NCBI GenBank assembly: GCA_031423255.1
Contig: JANPFD010000022.1
Location: 6,704-70,703, forward strand
Reading direction: 5' to 3'
DNA from: Myxococcales bacterium
GTDB lineage: Bacteria; Myxococcota_A; Polyangia; Fen-1088
Length of the DNA: 64,000 nt
The notes beneath the pieces are model-generated. The model was given only the letters and a program-made list of their open reading frames with translations. It did not search any database and was not told the DNA's origin. The position numbers and the translations under genes are program-made. Positions 58,741-64,000 of the stretch are shown one piece after another (the stretch's first letter is position 1; the number at the start of each line of letters is the position of its first letter).

Positions 58741-60375
58741 ATGGTCAGCAGTCGTCTCGCGCTCCTGATCCCCGCCTTGTTCCTGTCGGCGGCATCGTGC
58801 ATGGGCCAGATCGCCGGCGGCGATGACGGTGAAACCAGCGTCGAGCGAGCGACGCCCGGATCGATCCGTGTCTGGCGTCTCACGACCCAGCAGTACGACA
58901 ACACCGTTCGCGATCTTTTGGGGGACACCAGCAGGCCGGCTCGCCTTTTCACGCCGGACATCGGCGGCACCGGCTTCACGAACAACGCCGATCTGCTCGG
59001 AGTCAATCCGGCGCAGGCGGCCGAGTTCGCGGCAAGCGCGGCGCGACTCGCTTTCGATGCGGTCACCTCCAGGCTCGGCCGCATCTTCCCTTGCCCCGCC
59101 TCCCAGCTGACCGATGCCGGGTGTGCGCGCCAGTTCATCGAGACCTTCGGCCTTCGCGCTTTCCGGCGCCCGCTGGGCGCGGACGAGGTGGCCGCTTACC
59201 TCGGGCTCTACGCCCAGGGTTCACAGACGATCGACGCGACAGCGGGGCTGTCGCTGGTCATCGAAACGATGCTGCAGTCCCCGCACTTCCTCTACCGGAG
59301 CGAGATTGGCGATGGCCGCCCGGACTCTGGCGGTGAAGTGCGTCTCACCCCCCACGAGCTCGCCAGCGCTCTGTCGTATCACTTCGTGGGCAGCATGCCC
59401 GACGAGATCCTGTTCGCGGCGGCCAGCAGTGGCAGCCTGAGCACACCGGCGGGCCTGGGCGCGGAGGTCGAACGGCTGGCGGCCAGGGACGATGCACGCG
59501 CCCCGATGCTCGACTTTTACCGACAGCTCCTGGACTACGACGACGTCGGAAGTGTCACCCGCGACCCGAAGCTGTTCCCGAAGTTCGACTCGGTTCTGGC
59601 GAGCATGCAGCGTGAGACGCAAACGTTCATCGAGAAGAACGTCTTCGAGGGTGATGCTCGACTCGATACGTTGCTGACGGCGCCGCACAGCTACATCGAC
59701 GCCAACCTCGCTCCCATCTACCGGCTGCCCAAGCCGAACGGAACGACGATGGTGCGGGTCGACCTCGATCCCGGCCAGCGCGCCGGACTGCTCACCCAGC
59801 CCGGTTTCTTGACCATCCACTCCCTGCCCGACGAGACGTCGCCGCCGCGCCGGGGCAAGTCAGTGCTGGAGAAGATTCTCTGCCTGCACATCCCGCCACC
59901 GATCGACAACATTCCCGATCCGCCGTCTCCCGCGGGCAAGGAGAGCACCCGGCAGAAGTTCGAGCGCCTCACCGGTCCTCCTGTGTGCATGGGGTGCCAT
60001 CGGCTACTCAACCCCGCCGGCTTCTCCTTCGAAGCTTATGACGTCGTCGGGGCGTGGAGGACGGTCGACAACACGCTCCCCGTCGACACCCGGGTCGACC
60101 TGACTGGCATTCCCGGTGTCGACGGCCCGGTGGCCGGCGCCGTGGACCTGGTCAGGAAGATCGCCCAAAGCCGCGAGGCGGGGGAGTGCCTTGCGCGCCA
60201 GACGGTGCGGCATGCCTTCGGCCGCGAAACGGGCAGTGACGACGACGGACTCGTCTCAAAGATGTTAGCGCGCTTTCAAGCGACTGGCGGCAATGTGCGC
60301 GAACTGTTCGCGTCCGTGGCCGGCACCCGGGCCTTTACCCACCGGCGTATGGGGTTTTCGGCAGGTGTGCAATGA
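58741..60375 (+). CDS. DUF1592/DUF1588/DUF1587-family protein (short form) - module D
   Basis: Signal/lipobox LFLSAASC. WRLTTQQYDNTVRDLLG, AFRRPLGADEV. C-terminal CMGCHRLLNPAGFSFEAYD. Confidence 0.8.
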   Translation: MVSSRLALLIPALFLSAASCMGQIAGGDDGETSVERATPGSIRVWRLTTQQYDNTVRDLLGDTSRPARLFTPDIGGTGFTNNADLLGVNPAQAAEFAASAARLAFDAVTSRLGRIFPCPASQLTDAGCARQFIETFGLRAFRRPLGADEVAAYLGLYAQGSQTIDATAGLSLVIETMLQSPHFLYRSEIGDGRPDSGGEVRLTPHELASALSYHFVGSMPDEILFAAASSGSLSTPAGLGAEVERLAARDDARAPMLDFYRQLLDYDDVGSVTRDPKLFPKFDSVLASMQRETQTFIEKNVFEGDARLDTLLTAPHSYIDANLAPIYRLPKPNGTTMVRVDLDPGQRAGLLTQPGFLTIHSLPDETSPPRRGKSVLEKILCLHIPPPIDNIPDPPSPAGKESTRQKFERLTGPPVCMGCHRLLNPAGFSFEAYDVVGAWRTVDNTLPVDTRVDLTGIPGVDGPVAGAVDLVRKIAQSREAGECLARQTVRHAFGRETGSDDDGLVSKMLARFQATGGNVRELFASVAGTRAFTHRRMGFSAGVQ

Positions 60376-61808
60376 CCACCAGCCGTCGTGCCTTCTCGAG
60401 AATCCTGGGTACGGGCGCCTTCGCCGTGCCCCTGCTCTGGCGCTATGGCCGAACGATCGCCGCCGGTCCCTCCCCGTCGGGTCCCAGGCGGCTGCTGATC
60501 TTCTGGAACCCGCAAGGGAACTGCTCCGGTCTGCCCGTGAATGGCGTCGACGCATTCTGGCCCACCGGTACCGAGAAGGACTTCAAGCTCAGCCGGATCC
60601 TCGCTCCGCTCGAGCGCCACAAGAAGGATTTGCTGCTGCTCAAGGGGTTCAACGACTGGGCGACCATGGCCAGGCCGTTGTGCTCACCGATCGTGAGCGA
60701 TGGCGAGCACGGGTTTGGCACCATGTGCCGCCTGACGAACACGTGCCCGACGACGGCGAGCGTTGGTGGAGCGGCACCTCGCCAGTGGGGAGGCGGCATC
60801 TCCATCGACCAGGCGATCAGCCAGACCGTGGGTGCGGATACGCCCAGGCCGTCGCTCGAACTGATCGGCAGTGCCAACAAGAACTCCAACCACCGCGGGT
60901 TCATCAGCTACTCGGGCGCGGGCCGCCCCGTCATTCCGCAGGCGAGTCCGCTCGGCGCCTACGATTCTCTCTTCGGCGGCAGCACCGGGCTGGCCGGCGA
61001 TCCCGCGAGGGTGAAGGCATTGCGGGCGATGCGCAAAAGCTCCCTCGACCACATTCTCTCGGAGATCGCGCGCGTGCGCAGCCGGTTGCCCGCCTCCGAA
61101 CGAGCGAAGATGGACGGCCATTTCGAGGCCGTCCGCGTCCTCGAGCGCGACCTCGACGACCGGGCGCCGACCGTCTCCTGTGACCGCCAGCGGCCGCCTT
61201 TCCCGGCCGATCCCATCCCAACCTTCCCCACCCGGCATGAGTTGCACTTCCGAACCATCGCCGCTGCCTTCGCCTGCGATCTCACGCGTGTGGCCACGTT
61301 CATGGCCGCGTCCGGGGGAGGAGACACAGCCCCGGACCTCCGGGCGTTCATGCCGGACTGGCAGACGAACTATCACTCCACCGGACACGCGTCGGGCGGC
61401 AACTCCGACGGCGGCGGGAACAACGCTGCGGTTCGCGACCGCGCGCTCGAGGTGATGATCCGGGTCAGCACCTACTACGCCGACCAGCTGGCAAAATTCG
61501 TCGACGCATTGAAGGCCATTCCAGAAGGCGCCGGTACGGTGTTCGACAACACCGTGATCCTATGGTGCAGCGAAATGTCGCACGGGAACCACGGCAACAG
61601 CTCCGTGCCCTACGTCGTCATCGGCGGCGGCTGGCACCTCCGCACCGGGCGCTTCTTGGACCTGCCCACGTACAGCAAGTACGACTTCAGCAACAAATCC
61701 GGCACGCCGCTGGTGTTGATGGCGAACGCCATGGGGCTGCCAATCAGCAGCTTCGGGCGCGCCGACTGGTGCGACGGTCCCGACAAACTGACTGCAATCC
61801 GCGGCTAG
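60372..61808 (+). CDS. DUF1552 family Tat-signal protein - module D partner
   Basis: MTTSRRAFSRILGTGAFAVPLL Tat motif. FACDLTRVATFM. ATGA overlap with the upstream gene. Confidence 0.85.
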   Translation: MTTSRRAFSRILGTGAFAVPLLWRYGRTIAAGPSPSGPRRLLIFWNPQGNCSGLPVNGVDAFWPTGTEKDFKLSRILAPLERHKKDLLLLKGFNDWATMARPLCSPIVSDGEHGFGTMCRLTNTCPTTASVGGAAPRQWGGGISIDQAISQTVGADTPRPSLELIGSANKNSNHRGFISYSGAGRPVIPQASPLGAYDSLFGGSTGLAGDPARVKALRAMRKSSLDHILSEIARVRSRLPASERAKMDGHFEAVRVLERDLDDRAPTVSCDRQRPPFPADPIPTFPTRHELHFRTIAAAFACDLTRVATFMAASGGGDTAPDLRAFMPDWQTNYHSTGHASGGNSDGGGNNAAVRDRALEVMIRVSTYYADQLAKFVDALKAIPEGAGTVFDNTVILWCSEMSHGNHGNSSVPYVVIGGGWHLRTGRFLDLPTYSKYDFSNKSGTPLVLMANAMGLPISSFGRADWCDGPDKLTAIRG

Positions 61809-61825
61809 AGAAGGAGGCCTCACCA

Positions 61826-64000
61826 TGAACCGACTGTTTGTGTTCCATGCCGCTCTGGTCACGATGACAATCGGGGGTTGCGACGCGCAACGACCAGAAG
61901 ATCTCACCACGCTCCTGAGCCACGCAACCGCAGCGCCCGTCATCTATCAGCTCTCGCGCTATGATTTCAACTACGCGTTCAGTTACCCGGTCACCATCAG
62001 AGGCGCCAATCTGACGGGAACATCCACGGTGACCGCGGACGGCCATGCGTGCACCGGTCTGGTCGTTGTCGACGACTCCACCGTCACGTGTCAATCGCCG
62101 CTGAACCCCAACTACAGGATCTTCGACCTGGTCGACCTCATTCTGACGACGCCGAATGGGCAGTTCAATCTGGCAAAATCCGTCTACTGGTACGGCCAAA
62201 GTGGGGCCGGAGTCACGGCAGTCGCGAAGGACTATTCCGTCCCCATCGAGGTGTCAGTAACGACGAGTCCGCCGTCCACCGCCCTGACGTGGCCATCGGA
62301 AGGCGCGGCCACTAGCTACGAAATTTCCCGAAAAGCGCGCGCGAGTCATACATGGACTCCGCTTGCGACAATCGACGCTGCCAATGCTCCAAGGGCAACG
62401 TCATGGCAAGACACCAACGTCGTCGTCGGCGCCGCCTATGAATACAGGGTCAAGCGGACCTCGACGATCCTGGCGGCATTCATCGATCCAGTCATTCCAC
62501 AAAAACCCGCGCCGGTCACGAGCTACGGCTACGTTTATGCGGGCATCAACGTCTCACCCGTGGACCACCGCGGCACGGTCGTTCTCATCGTCGATCAGAA
62601 CATGGCTCCCGCCCTCGGTCCCGAACTCACGATGCTCAAAAGCGATCTCGAGGGTGACGGTTGGTCCGTCATCCGGCACGACGTTCGGCGAGGCAGCGTC
62701 ACCAATGAGAAGGGACCGGTTCCGTACGACCCCACGGGCGCATTGGCTGTGAAACAACTCATTGTGGCCGATTATCGCAAAAACCCGAAGGAAGTTAAGG
62801 CGGTGCTCCTCGTCGGACATGTCCCGGTGCCGTACTCGGGAAATTTCTTCCCGGCTGGGCATTCGAATGAACACCAGGGCGCCATGCCGGCCGACGTCTT
62901 CTATGGCGACATGGACGGCGTCTGGACCGATAGCGTGGTGAATGAGCAGACACCACACAAGATCTGGTTCTCGGCCTGGAACGTCCCGGGCGACGGAAAG
63001 TTCGACCAATCGAAGGTGCCGACGGAGGTCGAGCTCGAAGTGGGACGCGTTGACCTATGGGCGTTCAAAGGAGCCGGGGAAATCGCGTTGCTGAAACAAT
63101 ACTTCGCCAAGAACCACAATCATCGCCACGCTCTGACAGTCTTGCCGCGACGAGCTCTCATGGAAGAGGGAAGAGAGTCCGTCAAGGATGGAAGGGTCCA
63201 GAGCGGGCGTCGTTCATGGGCTCCGTTGGTCGGCGCCGCAAACATCGTCGGTGATACCTTCGCAAATGCCATAGGACAAAGGAAAGAGTCGTATCTCGGC
63301 TTCTGTATCTGGCATACGGGTTCCAATCAATATACCGGTAGCGTCAGCACCTACGGCTCTGTCGATCCCGATGGGGCGGGCCCCCGCCGCGGAAGTGACG
63401 GCCTGATATGGCCGAATGCGGCGGACGAGCCGAACATTGCCTTCTTCATGACATACGGAAGTCATCACGGCGATTGGGATCATGAATCGAACTTTCTGAG
63501 AGCTCCTCTCGCGACCAAGACCTATGGTTTGACCAACACCTATGGAAGCACCTACCTACACACCCTCGGCGTCGGTGGAACTTTTGGGGAGTCGATTCGA
63601 CTGAAACAGAACAACTCGACGACCTATGCCCCCTATGACGCAATCAACGGCGGCGGCGTTCATGAGGTGTTGATGGGTGATCCGACCCTTCGCATGTTTG
63701 CGGTCAAGCCGCCATCGGGGTTGGCGTCGAGCCTTGCCGGCAGTCACCCCAGTTTGACCTGGCAGGCCTCCCAGGACAGTTCCCTCCTTGGGTACTACGT
63801 CTATCGATCGACGAACCCAAGCGGTCCGTTCACCCGTTTGACGGCCGATCCCGTCACGCAGACGACGTGGACCGACAGCAGCGTTTCGTCGGGAACATTC
63901 ACCTATCAGGTCAAGGCGGCAAAGCTGGAGACGACGGCCAGCGGAACCTACGTCAATACCAGCCAGGCGATTACAGATACCGTGGCCATCGCCGCGAATG
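61826..64000 (+). CDS. Large secreted lipoprotein, 5' partial (continues beyond window), lower-GC composition
   Basis: ATG 61826. MTIGGCDA lipobox. My manual translation found no stop through position 64000, which would explain its absence from the ORF track. Frequent A/T-ending codons, unlike the rest of the window. Confidence 0.5.

Noticed and set aside
1-64000. CRISPR arrays, tRNA/rRNA genes, transposases/integrases
   Set aside because: No direct-repeat/spacer periodicity, no tRNA-like or rRNA-like stretches, and no DDE/tyrosine-recombinase motifs were recognised by eye. A tRNAscan/Infernal run would be needed to exclude small RNAs.

Overview
This is a 64-kb high-GC (about 70%) chromosomal segment, most likely from a myxobacterium (Myxococcota). 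Lineage clues are a MYXO-CTERM-like C-terminal sorting tail, an FHA-sigma54 activator, a eukaryotic-like Ser/Thr kinase, a PilZ-receiver regulator, and DUF1552/DUF1592 'Planctomycete-type' paralog pairs. Gene density is high and many neighbouring genes show 4-bp ATGA/GTGA stop-start overlaps. No rRNA, tRNA, CRISPR or transposase/integrase genes were recognised.

Gene content:
- Coordinates 1-7 kb: a minus-strand operon (TPP-dependent E1-alpha, a cupin-like hypothetical, an AsnB-family amidotransferase and a PRMT-like methyltransferase), then gpmA, a J-domain protein, and rlmH-rsfS.
- 10-14.5 kb: pilD plus a beta-propeller sensor kinase / NarL-type two-component system.
- 14.5-18.7 kb: GDP-mannose precursor genes (PMM, ManC, a ROK kinase) plus a tandem ClpX-type zinc-finger mini-protein.
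- 18.7-23.3 kb: a PuuA/PuuD/PuuC-like gamma-glutamylation catabolic operon with an Fe-ADH.
- 26.9-31.3 kb: a Ser/Thr kinase with a 7-bladed YWTD propeller ectodomain, co-transcribed with an RCC1-like lipoprotein and divergent from an FHA-sigma54 activator.
- 31-46 kb: transporters, two rhomboid proteases, a CobW GTPase, a VWA lipoprotein and secreted hydrolases.
- 52.7-58.7 kb: a LacI-regulated glycoside hydrolase / SDR locus.
- 61.8 kb to the window end: a lower-GC (about 57%) partial gene for a large lipoprotein.

The most striking feature is four tandem two-gene modules. Each pairs a DUF1592/DUF1588-family protein (two also carry an N-terminal CxxCH, PSCyt-like) with a Tat-signal DUF1552 protein. 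They lie at 23.3-26.8, 46.2-49.2, 49.2-52.7 and 58.7-61.8 kb. This is a lineage-expanded family of unknown function. All copies share a conserved C-terminal CxxCH-x3-P-x-GF-x-E-x-[FY] motif and paired DCDLTR / VVAGRGGG motifs. One module sits beside a perfect 16-bp LacI-type palindromic operator.
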